A stretch of DNA of 64,000 bases from Burkholderiales bacterium (GCA_947474755.1 CANJJE010000011.1:30983-94982), one strand, 5' to 3'. Positions 1 through 9,052 are shown, numbered from the stretch's first letter. The notes: generated from the letters alone by a model not told the origin. A program made the numbers and translations.

Positions 1-310
1 ACTGTTGGCGGCTCCCGAAGTACAGACCGGGGTGCAGATCGGCGAGCAGCCAGACCACCCGCTCGCGCTCCTCGCGAAACAGCTTGGTGTGCGGCCGGCC
101 GCGCCGGGCGGTGACGCGCCAGTCGATCGTGCGGGCGTCGTCGCCCTGGGCGTAGGCGCGTACCTCGTCGAATTCGAGGCCGCGACCGCGGTGGGCGCTG
201 CGGTGTCCGCCCTGCAGCTGAGCCGCGGCAGGATGGCGAAGATGCATCTCCAGCCCGTGCGCGGCGCCGCGCAGCGCGACCAGTTCGTCGAGGTCCGGCA
301 GCAGCCCCAT
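1..310 (-). CDS. DUF58 domain protein (5' part only, gene runs off the window edge)
   Basis: The reverse strand from the ATG at 310 reads MGLLPDLDELVALRGAAHGLEMHLRHPAAAQLQGGHRSAHRGRGLEFDEVRAYAQGDDARTIDWRVTARRGRPHTKLFREE. This carries the HRS..G.G.EF..R.Y..GDD.R.IDW..TAR signature of the DUF58 proteins that usually follow MoxR. It is absent from the ORF track because no stop lies in the window. Confidence 0.75.
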   Translation of the reverse strand, partial: MGLLPDLDELVALRGAAHGLEMHLRHPAAAQLQGGHRSAHRGRGLEFDEVRAYAQGDDARTIDWRVTARRGRPHTKLFREERERVVWLLADLHPGLYFGSRQQ

Positions 311-323
311 CACCTGCCTGGAG

Positions 324-1310
324 TCAGGGCGCCGGGACGGTGCGCAGCAGCTCGACCACGCAGTCTTGTGCAGTGACCCGTGCCGCTTGCGCGCTGTAGT
401 CGAGCAGCAGCCGGTGGCGCAGCGCATCGGGGGCGATCGCCTGCACGTCCTCGGGGCTGACGTAATCGCGGCCGTCCAGCCAGGCCAGTGCGCGCGCACC
501 GCGCTCGATGGCGATCGCCGCGCGCGGACTGGCGCCCCAGCGCAGCCAGCTGGCGAGCAGCGCGCTGTAGGGTGCTGGATGGCGGGTCGCATCGACCAGT
601 GCGGCGATGTACTCGGCCACCGAGTCGGCCAGCGTGAGTGCCAGCACGTCATGCCGCGCGGCGAAAACCTCCGACTGCGACAGCTTGTGCGGGGGCGGTG
701 GCATCTCGACTTCGGACATCGCCTCCTGTCGGGCCAGCGCCATGATCAGCCGGGTTGTCGCGCGATCAGGGTAATCGACCCGGGTGTGCAGCATGAAACG
801 GTCGAGCTGGGCTTCGGGCAGGGGGTAGGTGCCTTCCTGTTCGATCGGATTCTGCGTGGCCATGACCATGAACAGGTGGGGCAACTGATAGGTGGCTACC
901 CCCACGGTGATCTGCCGCTCGGCCATGGCTTCGAGCAGCGCCGACTGCACCTTGGCCGGTGCGCGGTTGATCTCGTCGGCCAGGATCAGGTTGTGGAACA
1001 GCGGGCCGCGCTGGAAGCGGAAGCTGCCTTCCTCTGGCCGGTAGATGTCGGAGCCAGTGAGATCGGCGGGCAGCATGTCGGGGGTGAACTGAACCCGCTG
1101 GAAATCGCATTCCACGCCGTGCGCCATCGCCTTGACCGCGCGGGTCTTCGCCAGCCCGGGCGGTCCTTCGACCAGCAGATGGCCATCGGCGAGCAGCGCA
1201 ACCAGCAGGCGCTCGACCAGAGCGGGCTGTCCGAGCACTTGCCCCTCCAGGTAGCTGCGCAGTCGGTCGAAAGCGTCGTGCGAGCTGGCGACGGCAGGCG
1301 GCAGGGTCAT
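324..1310 (-). CDS. MoxR-family AAA+ ATPase
   Basis: 328 aa with Walker A GPPGLAKT and Walker B LILADEINRA. It has the typical MoxR N-terminus (VLGQPALVERLLVALLADGHLLVEG), and a DUF58 gene lies immediately downstream. Confidence 0.9.
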   Translation of the reverse strand: MTLPPAVASSHDAFDRLRSYLEGQVLGQPALVERLLVALLADGHLLVEGPPGLAKTRAVKAMAHGVECDFQRVQFTPDMLPADLTGSDIYRPEEGSFRFQRGPLFHNLILADEINRAPAKVQSALLEAMAERQITVGVATYQLPHLFMVMATQNPIEQEGTYPLPEAQLDRFMLHTRVDYPDRATTRLIMALARQEAMSEVEMPPPPHKLSQSEVFAARHDVLALTLADSVAEYIAALVDATRHPAPYSALLASWLRWGASPRAAIAIERGARALAWLDGRDYVSPEDVQAIAPDALRHRLLLDYSAQAARVTAQDCVVELLRTVPAP

Positions 1311-1486
1311 GGGCGGGTGTCCGGTTGGGATGAGCTCTCGTGGAGAAGGCGCGACGTCTCCACAGACGCAACGATGGCTCGATTCTCAAGCCATGCCGGA
1401 GGTTCCTAGGGGGATTTCCGGTACAGCGTGAGGACTGTCCGGTTTGCCCCGCCGATGCTGAGATGGGGCCGGTAGCGGACGCGCGG

Positions 1487-2692
1487 TCAGGCCGCCAGCG
1501 GCGGACGGGCTCGCCGCGCATGTGCCGCCAGCGCGGCAATGACCTGCGCGATGTCGTCATCGCTTTGTGCAGCGCTCAAACTGATGCGCACCAGGCTCAG
1601 ACCTGACGGCGTGGCCGGCGGAATCATCAGGTTGGTGTAGATGCCCGCATCCAGCAGGCTTTGCCACAGCGCCAGCGCATCGTCGCGAGAGTCGAAGACG
1701 ATCGCTGCAACCGGGCCGGGGGTCGTCGTGCCAAGCCGGTAGCCCAGCTTGTTCAACTCGCCGTAAACGCGCTCCGCGTGGCGCCACAGCCGAGCACGCA
1801 GATCGTGGCCCTGCAGCACTTTACGCAGCGCCTGATGCGTTGCGGCAATCACGGGCGGTGGCGGCGAGGCGGTGAAGATGTAGGGTCGGCTGACCATGCG
1901 CATGAATTCGACCTCTGCATGTCGGCCGAGGCAGAACCCACCAACGCCGCCGAGGCTCTTCGAGAAGGTGCCGACGATGAAGTCAACCTCGCCGAGCAGA
2001 TCCTGTGCTTCGCAAAGGCCCAGGCCGCGGGGACCGAACGCGCCGAAGGAATGGGCCTCGTCGACCAGCAGCCAGGCTCCGTGGCGCTTCTTGATCTCGA
2101 CGATCTCGCGCAGCGGCGCCCGGTCGCCCAGCGTGCTGTACAGGCTTTCGACGACGATCAACGTGCGGCTGGCGGCCTCACCCAAGCGCTCCAGACGTCG
2201 CTCAAGATTTTCAGCGTCGTTGTGGCGAAAGCGGATCGTCGTCGCATGGCTGAGCCTGCAACCATCGTGGATGCTGGCATGGCTGTCCGCGTCGACAAGC
2301 AGCGTGTCGCCTTCGCCAGCCAGTGCCGACAGCGTGCCGAGGTTCGCCTGATAGCCGGTCGAAAAGACGATGGCCGTCGGCCAGCCGAAAGCACTCGCGA
2401 GGGAGTGCTCCAGCGCCCTGTGGCCGGCATAGTTACCGCTGGCCATCCGCGAGCCCGTGGTGCCGGTGCCCAGAGACTCGATTGCCGATATCGCTGCAGC
2501 ACGACAGTCTGCGTCGTAAGTCAGGCCGAGGTAATTGTTGGTGCCAGCGAGAATTACACGGCGGCCATTGATCGTGGCAGAGGTGGCCGAATGCACGTCA
2601 TCCATCGGGGTGGCGATCGGGGCCACCCGGCTGTTTTCGGCCAAGCTGGCCGCGAGGCCGCGCTGAACGGCAAATTTATCGAGAAGACTCAC
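1487..2692 (-). CDS. PLP-dependent alpha-oxoamine synthase, serine palmitoyltransferase-like
   Basis: Motifs NNYLGL, STGYQANLG, LVDEAHSFG and GTFSKSLGGVGGF (PLP lysine) are present. The start is chosen at GTG 2692, which overlaps the ACP stop (GTGA). The longest ORF extends to 2728. Confidence 0.85.
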   Translation of the reverse strand: MSLLDKFAVQRGLAASLAENSRVAPIATPMDDVHSATSATINGRRVILAGTNNYLGLTYDADCRAAAISAIESLGTGTTGSRMASGNYAGHRALEHSLASAFGWPTAIVFSTGYQANLGTLSALAGEGDTLLVDADSHASIHDGCRLSHATTIRFRHNDAENLERRLERLGEAASRTLIVVESLYSTLGDRAPLREIVEIKKRHGAWLLVDEAHSFGAFGPRGLGLCEAQDLLGEVDFIVGTFSKSLGGVGGFCLGRHAEVEFMRMVSRPYIFTASPPPPVIAATHQALRKVLQGHDLRARLWRHAERVYGELNKLGYRLGTTTPGPVAAIVFDSRDDALALWQSLLDAGIYTNLMIPPATPSGLSLVRISLSAAQSDDDIAQVIAALAAHARRARPPLAA

Positions 2693-2982
2693 GGTGCGCC
2701 GCGCTTCAACTGGACGATGCCAGCACACAGTTCATCGATGGTTCGAGCCTGAGCCATCGTCTCCACGGGAATCGACAGGTCGAGCCGGTCTTCGATCTCC
2801 ATCACGAGGTCCATGACCTCGGCTGAATCCAGATCAGCCTCCTGAGCCAGATCGGCGTCTCCCCGGATCCCCGCCGAATCGGGGCGTATCACCCCCAACG
2901 CCTCCCGGATGGTCGACTCGACCGAGGCTACGGTTTCAGTCAAGGACGTGGACCCCACTGCAGTGCTGGACAAAGGATTCAC
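2689..2982 (-). CDS. acyl carrier protein (dedicated, cluster-associated)
   Basis: 97 aa and acidic, with a DLDSAEVMDLVMEIEDRL phosphopantetheine-attachment-type motif. ATGA overlaps the upstream FAAL stop and GTGA overlaps the downstream AOS start. Confidence 0.85.
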   Translation of the reverse strand: MNPLSSTAVGSTSLTETVASVESTIREALGVIRPDSAGIRGDADLAQEADLDSAEVMDLVMEIEDRLDLSIPVETMAQARTIDELCAGIVQLKRGAP

Positions 2983-4859
2983 GATGCTGCGTTCTCGACT
3001 TCAACAGGTGCACGCTTGGCATGGCCGACGAACCTGCCACGGCACTCCGTGGAACCCTCGGCACTTCGGCGCTCCAAGAACTCCTTGCGAGCGGTGCTGC
3101 GTGACAGCTTGCCCGACGATGTCCGGGGCAGGGTATGCGGCGGAACGAGTTCTATCAGGCAATGGATGCCAAACTCGACATGGATGGCCTGCTGGACCCG
3201 TTCGGCCAAGCTGGCCAGTTTGCGGGGATCGGCTTCTCGACATTGCACGACCAAAACTGCCAACTCACCTTCGTCGGGATCGGTGATCGAGAACGCCGAG
3301 GCATCGGTTGGCCGTACTTCAGGCTGCTGCTCGGCCAGGTGTTCCAGGTCCTGTGGCCAGATGTTTCGTCCCTTGATGATCATCAGATCCTTGGCGCGAC
3401 CGGTAATGTGCAGCGAGCCCTTGGCCTGATAGCCGATGTCGCCCGTGTCCAGCCAGCCGTCAGCCGACAGCACCTCGCGAGACGCGACTGGATTGCCGAA
3501 GTAGCCAGACATCAGGCTTGCGCCGCGCAGATGGATGCGGCCGCAACGACGCTCCGGCAAAGGTCGGCCACGTTCATCCCGGATTTCCATCTCGTAGCCT
3601 GGGAGTGGTTGGCCGCAATTGATGAAGGCCTTGCCTTTCGATGGTGTTCCTTCGGCCGAGACTGGAATGGCTTCGCCGTAATGCGCCAGTCGGTCGACAT
3701 CGACGATATCGCTGCCTGCGCCACCTTCAAGGGGCGCGAAGCTGACCGCCAATGAGCACTCGGCCATTCCGTAGCACGGCAGAAACGCCTTTTCATTGAA
3801 ACCCGCCGACGCCAGCACCCTCGCGAACTCGTGCAAGGTTTCAGGGTGAATCATCTCGGCACCGACGCCGGCCACTCGCCAGGCCGACAAATCGAGCGAC
3901 TCGGTGTCTGCCGAGCGCAGGCGTCGTGCGCACAGCGTGTAGCCAAAGGGCGGACTGAAAGACACCGTGCAACGGTTCAGCGACATCAGCTTGAGCCACA
4001 GACGAGGACGCATCGCGAAATCGCGTGTCGGCAGGTAATCGACCGAGCGCTGGGTAGCGACGCAGCCCAGCACGATACCGACCAGGCCCATGTCGTGATA
4101 GTAGGGGAGCCAGGAGCAGAAACGATCCTCGGGCGTCAACCGAAAGCCGTGGTTGAAGATGGCTTTCAGATTGGCCATCACAGCAGACTGCGTGATCATC
4201 GTGCCGCGAGGAAAGCGGGTGCTACCCGAGGTGTACTGCAGGTAGGCCAGCTCACCGGGCTCGGGCGGCCGCGGTACCGTGTCCAGAGCGGGCAGCACCG
4301 AGAAATCCTGCGCAGTGCCGACCAGCGTCAGCGACAGACCCTCGCTAGCCTCGCGCAGGAAGCCGACAAACTCTGGTGGCGCGAACGCGGCCACTGCCTG
4401 ACAGTCACGAACCAATTGACGCAGATGGCGGATGTAGGCCTCTCGCCCGCCCAGGTGCACCGCAGCAGGCAAAGGTACGGGTACCAGCCCGGCGTACTGA
4501 CAGGCGTAAAACATCACTGCAAAGTCGGGATGGGTGTGGGCAACAAGGGCCAGCCTCTCACCACGTCCCAGCGGGGCGAGGCGACGCGACATTTCGAGAG
4601 CGCGCGCGCGCAGTTCCCGGTAGGGAAGCGTGGAGACCAGCGCTCCACGGCCGTCGTAGTAGTTGAAGCCGGAATCGCCACCAGCAGCGTAATCAAGCGC
4701 CGCAGCAAGTGTCGGAAAGTCCGCACTACGCAGAGCAATGCCGCTCGCGGTCGGGGTCAAACTGGCGTGAAAAGGTGCAGCAGGATTCACTGGAAACACC
4801 TCTGACGGCCATGCCGGCCTCGCAAGTAATCTTTCAACCCTCACCCTTTCGTACTGCAA
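2979..4859 (-). CDS. fatty acyl-AMP ligase / acyl-ACP synthetase (adenylate-forming enzyme)
   Basis: Motifs YLQYTSGSTRFPRG, WLPYYHDMGL, GWLDTGDIGY and TSSGKLSR are present, with a FAAL-like N-terminus. The longest ORF starts at TTG 4859, there is no upstream ATG, and the exact start is uncertain. Confidence 0.85.
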   Translation of the reverse strand: MQYERVRVERLLARPAWPSEVFPVNPAAPFHASLTPTASGIALRSADFPTLAAALDYAAGGDSGFNYYDGRGALVSTLPYRELRARALEMSRRLAPLGRGERLALVAHTHPDFAVMFYACQYAGLVPVPLPAAVHLGGREAYIRHLRQLVRDCQAVAAFAPPEFVGFLREASEGLSLTLVGTAQDFSVLPALDTVPRPPEPGELAYLQYTSGSTRFPRGTMITQSAVMANLKAIFNHGFRLTPEDRFCSWLPYYHDMGLVGIVLGCVATQRSVDYLPTRDFAMRPRLWLKLMSLNRCTVSFSPPFGYTLCARRLRSADTESLDLSAWRVAGVGAEMIHPETLHEFARVLASAGFNEKAFLPCYGMAECSLAVSFAPLEGGAGSDIVDVDRLAHYGEAIPVSAEGTPSKGKAFINCGQPLPGYEMEIRDERGRPLPERRCGRIHLRGASLMSGYFGNPVASREVLSADGWLDTGDIGYQAKGSLHITGRAKDLMIIKGRNIWPQDLEHLAEQQPEVRPTDASAFSITDPDEGELAVLVVQCREADPRKLASLAERVQQAIHVEFGIHCLIELVPPHTLPRTSSGKLSRSTARKEFLERRSAEGSTECRGRFVGHAKRAPVEVENAAS

Positions 4860-4923
4860 GCCTTTGGCCGCCGGGAAATGTAATTTGAGCGCGCCCGGGA
4901 TGCAATCAAACTGTCATGGTTGC

Positions 4924-4937
4924 CACAACATGTTGTG
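4924..4937. promoter_or_regulatory. perfect 14-bp palindrome CACAACATGTTGTG upstream of the FAAL-ACP-AOS operon (possible operator)
   Basis: Read directly in the 150-bp intergenic gap, about 65-75 nt upstream of the longest start of the 2979..4859 gene. No regulator or promoter boxes could be assigned. Confidence 0.25.
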
Positions 4938-4939
4938 AA

Positions 4940-4967
4940 AACCGCCAACGACGAACATTTGGCGGTT
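4940..4967 (-). terminator. possible rho-independent terminator after the FAAL-ACP fusion gene
   Basis: A 9-bp perfect stem (AACCGCCAA / TTGGCGGTT) with a 10-nt loop. On the minus strand the stem runs into TTTT. It lies 44 nt downstream of the stop at 5011. Confidence 0.4.
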
Positions 4968-5010
4968 GACTCACGCACGCTACTGACTATTTTGACCGAT
5001 TGCCATCGCT

Positions 5011-6966
5011 TCACGCTGTAGTGGTATCCAGAAACTCCGCAAGTTGCTCCAGCGTTGGGTAGTCGAACAAGTCGGTGACTTGGACACGCTGCGGAAACTC
5101 TAGCTCTATCGCTTCGTGGATCCGAGCCAAAGTGAGCGAGTTGAGGTCAATTTCCAGCAAGTTGGTCTGAGGTGTCAGTTCTCGGCCGACGATGAAGCCC
5201 GCGCAGATTTGCTGCAATCGTTGCTCCGTCGAGGTTCCCGTGCGTTGCTCGGCAACATTTCTTTGCGCAAGGAGCCGCTCAATTTCGGCCAGAGGTGCGT
5301 CGAATTCGCCCAGTTCGAACGCCTTGGCGAGCGCATAACGCTGTAATTTGCCGCTGCTGGTCTTCGGGATTTGCCGCACGGGCACCACATGTGCAACCTC
5401 CAGGCCGGTTTGCTGCAGCATCCTGCGCCGCAGTTCGATCACCTTGGGCAGGAACTCGGCGACCCCCGCCCTGTGAATCACGAAGAAGGCCAACTCCTCG
5501 GTATCAGCCACCGGGCCGCGCACGCCTGCTGCGGCGACGCGGTTGGCTTCAATATCGACGACCTCCGCCGCGATCCGTTCCAGATCGTGAGGGTAGTGGT
5601 TCTGCCCGTTGATGATGACCAGATCCTTCTCTCGCCCGGCTATGACCAACTGGCCTTCCAAGATGAAGCCCAGGTCGCCAGTCGCCAACCAGCCGTCGGC
5701 CGAGATGATCTCTGCGCTTCGCGCTGGATCTCGGAAATAGCCTGCGGTGACGTTGTCGCCGCGGATCAGCAAGTGACCCAGCATGCGCTCACCAAGTGTT
5801 TGCCCGGTCTCATCGACGATACGCAACTCGACCCCGCTCAACGGCAATCCGAGCTTGACCAGTTCGGATACCCGGCCGCCATTTTGTGCTTCGTGGCGCA
5901 CTGGCTCGCCGACGCGCAGCCGGGTTGGGTCGACGACGACGGTTTCGAGGGGGGTGCCGCGCATTGCGAAGCTGACAGCCAGGCTCGCTTCGGCAAGACC
6001 GTAGACGGCAAACATGGCGCTTGGCTTCAGGCCGTGGGGTGCCATCGTGCGCATGAAACGGCGGCAGACTTCCGCCGAGATCGGCTCCGCCCCGTTGAAG
6101 ATCAGTCGCACCGATGACAGGTCCAGGCCCTGCGGTGGTCGATGTGCGTACTGGCGAAGGTAGTGCTGGAAGCCGAAGTTCGGCGAACACAGCACGGTAC
6201 AGCGCCGCTGGCTGGCCAGATCCAGCCACAACAGCGGGCGCCGTGCGAACAGCTCGGTGCGCATGATCGCGTGGTTGATGCCGCTGGCCAGCTGGGTCAG
6301 GTGAAAGCCGATCAGCCCCATGTCGTGTGACAACGGCATCCAGCTCAGCACCGAGTCCTGGTCGGTGAAGGCGGCGCCTTTGATGATCGAGGCGATGTTC
6401 GCCGTGAGGTTGCGGTGCGTGAGCATCACGCCCTTCGGGTCGCCCGTCGAGCCCGATGAATACTGGATGAACGCGAGGTCCCTCGGATCAGGGTTCACCG
6501 GCACGCCTGGCTCGCCGGTGATGTCCAAGGCTCCCACGATCATCGTGCGCGCGCGAAGCTGCTGCCCTTCGTTGTCCAGGCGGTGTGTTGCGATGAAGTC
6601 GTCGAGGCGGTCCAGCGTCGGGGCGTCGATGCAGACCCGTGATTCATCGAGTTGTGCAAACACCCGCAGCAGCTTGCGCCAGTGTTCGTCTGCGACACCT
6701 GGTGCCAGCGGCACCGCCACGATGCCGCCGAGCACGCACGCCCAGAACATCTCCACGAAGCGTTCGTTGTCAGCAATGAACAGGATCAGCGTATCGCCAC
6801 GTTTGAGGCCATGGCGTTGCAGCGCGCCCAGCGCGCCAATGGCGCGCTGGCGCAGTCGCCGGAAACTCATCGTGCGCTGCTCGTTCTCGCCCTCGATGAA
6901 GGTGATCTGTCGATCCTCGCGCACGTCGGCCGGCAAGATCGCGTTGAGTGTCTCGAAGGGCAGCAT
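5011..6966 (-). CDS. fatty acyl-AMP ligase fused to a C-terminal carrier-protein (ACP/PCP) domain
   Basis: Motifs FIQYSSGSTGDPKG, WMPLSHDMGL, GWLATGDLG and TSSGKLQR are present. The C-terminal ~80 aa contain IDLNSLTLARIHEAIELEF (carrier Ser motif). The start is taken at the internal ATG 6966 (MLPFETLN), 11 nt after the P450 stop. The upstream extension to 7140 overlaps the P450 gene. Confidence 0.85.
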   Translation of the reverse strand: MLPFETLNAILPADVREDRQITFIEGENEQRTMSFRRLRQRAIGALGALQRHGLKRGDTLILFIADNERFVEMFWACVLGGIVAVPLAPGVADEHWRKLLRVFAQLDESRVCIDAPTLDRLDDFIATHRLDNEGQQLRARTMIVGALDITGEPGVPVNPDPRDLAFIQYSSGSTGDPKGVMLTHRNLTANIASIIKGAAFTDQDSVLSWMPLSHDMGLIGFHLTQLASGINHAIMRTELFARRPLLWLDLASQRRCTVLCSPNFGFQHYLRQYAHRPPQGLDLSSVRLIFNGAEPISAEVCRRFMRTMAPHGLKPSAMFAVYGLAEASLAVSFAMRGTPLETVVVDPTRLRVGEPVRHEAQNGGRVSELVKLGLPLSGVELRIVDETGQTLGERMLGHLLIRGDNVTAGYFRDPARSAEIISADGWLATGDLGFILEGQLVIAGREKDLVIINGQNHYPHDLERIAAEVVDIEANRVAAAGVRGPVADTEELAFFVIHRAGVAEFLPKVIELRRRMLQQTGLEVAHVVPVRQIPKTSSGKLQRYALAKAFELGEFDAPLAEIERLLAQRNVAEQRTGTSTEQRLQQICAGFIVGRELTPQTNLLEIDLNSLTLARIHEAIELEFPQRVQVTDLFDYPTLEQLAEFLDTTTA

Positions 6967-6977
6967 GGGAGTTGTTT

Positions 6978-8282
6978 TCAGCGCGCCACAAGACGCATGT
7001 GGAGGTCGTGACGAGAGCGCAGGTTGACCTGGAATTCTGCCGCGGGCGGAACTGTGCCGTTGTATTGCAACCGGAAGCGATCGGCCACCATGGCGAGGTG
7101 CATCGTCATCTCTGCCATCGCGAAGGTGGCGCCGATGCAATACCTCGGCCCGGCAGAAAACGGCAGGTAGGCGAAGCGATGACGGGCATCGACCGCAGCG
7201 GGTTCGAAGCGCAGCGGATCGAAGGCCTCGGGCTGGTCCCAGTGCGCGGTCTGTCGGTGAAGCATGTAAGGGCAGATGAAGACATCAGTGCCCGCCGGCA
7301 CATGAAAGCCACCCAGTACATCGTCACCGAGGGCGCGGCGGGTGAACAGCCACCCTGGCGGGTACAACCGCAAGGCTTCTTGCAGCACCTGCTCGACGTA
7401 AGGCGGCGTGGCTGAAGGTTCCTCCGCAAGCCCTGAGGCCGGTGCGGGTTCGGCGATGGCCTTGTGCAGCCTGGCTTCGACCTGCGGGTTCTGCGACAGC
7501 AGGTACCAGGTCCAGTTGAGCGCGCTGGCGGTGGTCTCGTGGCCAGCCACGATCAGCGTCATCAGTTCGTCCAGCAGGGCCCGATCGGGCATCGCTTCGC
7601 CAGTGTCACGGTCGCGCACCTCCATCAGCGTCGACAGCAGGTCCATCTCGATGCGCTGCTCCTGGCGCCGGGCCGCAATCATGTTCAGCACGTGGTGGGT
7701 CAGCGCTCGGAATTTCGCTGCGAAGGGCAGGTCGCGCCGTGTCTCGCTGGTCAGCAGATCGAACGGGTTGGAGCCTTTGGCGTCGATCAGGCGGTCGAGG
7801 TCGGTGCCAAACAAGGCGCGCAGCACGATGTTCAGCGCCAGCTCGCTCAGGTCGTGCGTCAGATTCACAGTTTCGCCGCGTGCGGCATGGCCGCTCCAGC
7901 GGTCGATCAGGTCGGCGTTGGCCTGGTGCATCAGCGCCGAGAAACCGCGGATCACCTGGCTGTGGAAGGCCGGCTGCACCAGGCGCCGCTGCCGCGACCA
8001 CAGCTCGCCCTCGCTGGCCATCAGCCCATTTCCAAGCAGCACGCGCACGCGCTCAATGCCAACGCCCTTGATGTAGTTGCCCCGGTTTGTCTGCAACACG
8101 CGACGGATGTCGTCCGCGTTCAGAATCACCAGGCTGTCGTTGCTGCGACTTTGCGAGGCGAGGCGAAAGGTGTCGCCATAGCGCTGCGACAGATCGAACA
8201 GCAGGCTTGCGCTTTCGTCGTTGGCGTCAAGGTCGTGGCGCTGTGGTGGGCCTGGGGCCAGCACTTCCTGAACCATAATCAT
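6978..8282 (-). CDS. cytochrome P450
   Basis: Heme-binding motif FSAGPRYCIGATFA, I-helix AGHETTA and EALRLYPP (ExxR region) are present. The start is taken at ATG 8282 (MIMVQEVL), giving 434 aa. The ORF-track extension to 8600 is Arg/Gln-rich and unsupported. Confidence 0.9.
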   Translation of the reverse strand: MIMVQEVLAPGPPQRHDLDANDESASLLFDLSQRYGDTFRLASQSRSNDSLVILNADDIRRVLQTNRGNYIKGVGIERVRVLLGNGLMASEGELWSRQRRLVQPAFHSQVIRGFSALMHQANADLIDRWSGHAARGETVNLTHDLSELALNIVLRALFGTDLDRLIDAKGSNPFDLLTSETRRDLPFAAKFRALTHHVLNMIAARRQEQRIEMDLLSTLMEVRDRDTGEAMPDRALLDELMTLIVAGHETTASALNWTWYLLSQNPQVEARLHKAIAEPAPASGLAEEPSATPPYVEQVLQEALRLYPPGWLFTRRALGDDVLGGFHVPAGTDVFICPYMLHRQTAHWDQPEAFDPLRFEPAAVDARHRFAYLPFSAGPRYCIGATFAMAEMTMHLAMVADRFRLQYNGTVPPAAEFQVNLRSRHDLHMRLVAR

Positions 8283-8309
8283 TTTCTGTTTCGAGCCGCA
8301 AATTGTGTC

Positions 8310-9014
8310 ATGCGCACGACAAGTGCCCCTGCGATGACCGTGTCGGTGCTGATCACCTCTGAGTTCGTGTTGTGGCCCGCGCTCGAATCGCAGTGGCTGG
8401 CGAGCCTGCCGTCGCCGCGGCGCCTGCAGATTGGCGCTTGGCCCGACGCGCAAGCGCGCCATCGCTCCCTGGTCGGCAGCCGCCTTCTGGTTCATGGGCT
8501 GCGGCGACTGGGGTACGGGGACGACGCACTGGCCACGCTGCGCTATCCAACGAATTCCCGACCGACGCTGGCATTGCCGGTCAGCTTCAGCCTGTCCCAT
8601 TGCGATGGACGCATCGTCTGTGCGCTGTCAACGCAGGGTGCGGTCGGCATCGATGTCGAGGCGCTGGGGGGTCTGGTCGCTGGAGACTTCCATCTGTACC
8701 TCAGTGCCGCCGAACGCGCTTGGGCCGGGCGCAGCACACGCCGTTTCTATTCGGTGTGGACCCGAAAGGAGGCCGTGGCCAAGGCGGCCAGCCAGAGGGG
8801 TCTGCGCGATGTGGCTCGGGTCGACACGACACACGGTGAGAACCTCGCTGCCTTTGCCGGAAGCCTGTGGCATACCGCCAGCGTGCCCGTTGGCCGGCGC
8901 CACGTGGCCCATCTGGCGCTGGCCGAGGCGCCTCGCCAACTGAGCTTTCATCGACTGGCCAGGTCGGTGTTGGAGCGCGACATGGCGGTCACGGAATCCG
9001 AGGCGGTACGGTAA
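8310..9014 (+). CDS. 4'-phosphopantetheinyl transferase (Sfp type)
   Basis: Motifs FSLSHCDGRIVCALS, GIDVE and FYSVWTRKEAVAKA are present. It is divergent from the P450 gene. ATG 8310 or 8334 is the likely start, and the 516-aa track ORF is an artefactual extension. Confidence 0.8.
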   Translation: MRTTSAPAMTVSVLITSEFVLWPALESQWLASLPSPRRLQIGAWPDAQARHRSLVGSRLLVHGLRRLGYGDDALATLRYPTNSRPTLALPVSFSLSHCDGRIVCALSTQGAVGIDVEALGGLVAGDFHLYLSAAERAWAGRSTRRFYSVWTRKEAVAKAASQRGLRDVARVDTTHGENLAAFAGSLWHTASVPVGRRHVAHLALAEAPRQLSFHRLARSVLERDMAVTESEAVR

Positions 9015-9052
9015 GCTCGCCGGCTGGTTACCGTTTTGAGAAAGTCGTCATC

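Noticed and set aside
366-1409. A 347-aa ORF on the plus strand covering the whole MoxR gene.
   Set aside because: It is a mirror-strand ORF of a clearly recognisable gene in high-GC DNA. It is Arg/Gly/Ala/Gln-rich with no motif. The same reasoning applies to many other long antisense or out-of-frame ORFs in the track: 766..1560, 1661..2752, 3831..4805, 10673..11557, 13647..14711, 24549..25703, 29487..30593, 30777..32027, 32887..34071, 36063..37292, 37219..38265, 38192..39217, 39819..40973 and 61257..62354.
7464-9014. A 516-aa ORF, together with the 540-aa version of the P450 ORF (6978..8600).
   Set aside because: Only the last ~235 aa of 7464..9014 are PPTase-like, and the rest is antisense to the P450 gene. 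Conversely, the first ~106 aa of the 6978..8600 ORF are low-complexity sequence upstream of a good ATG (MIMVQEVL) that gives a normal-length P450.
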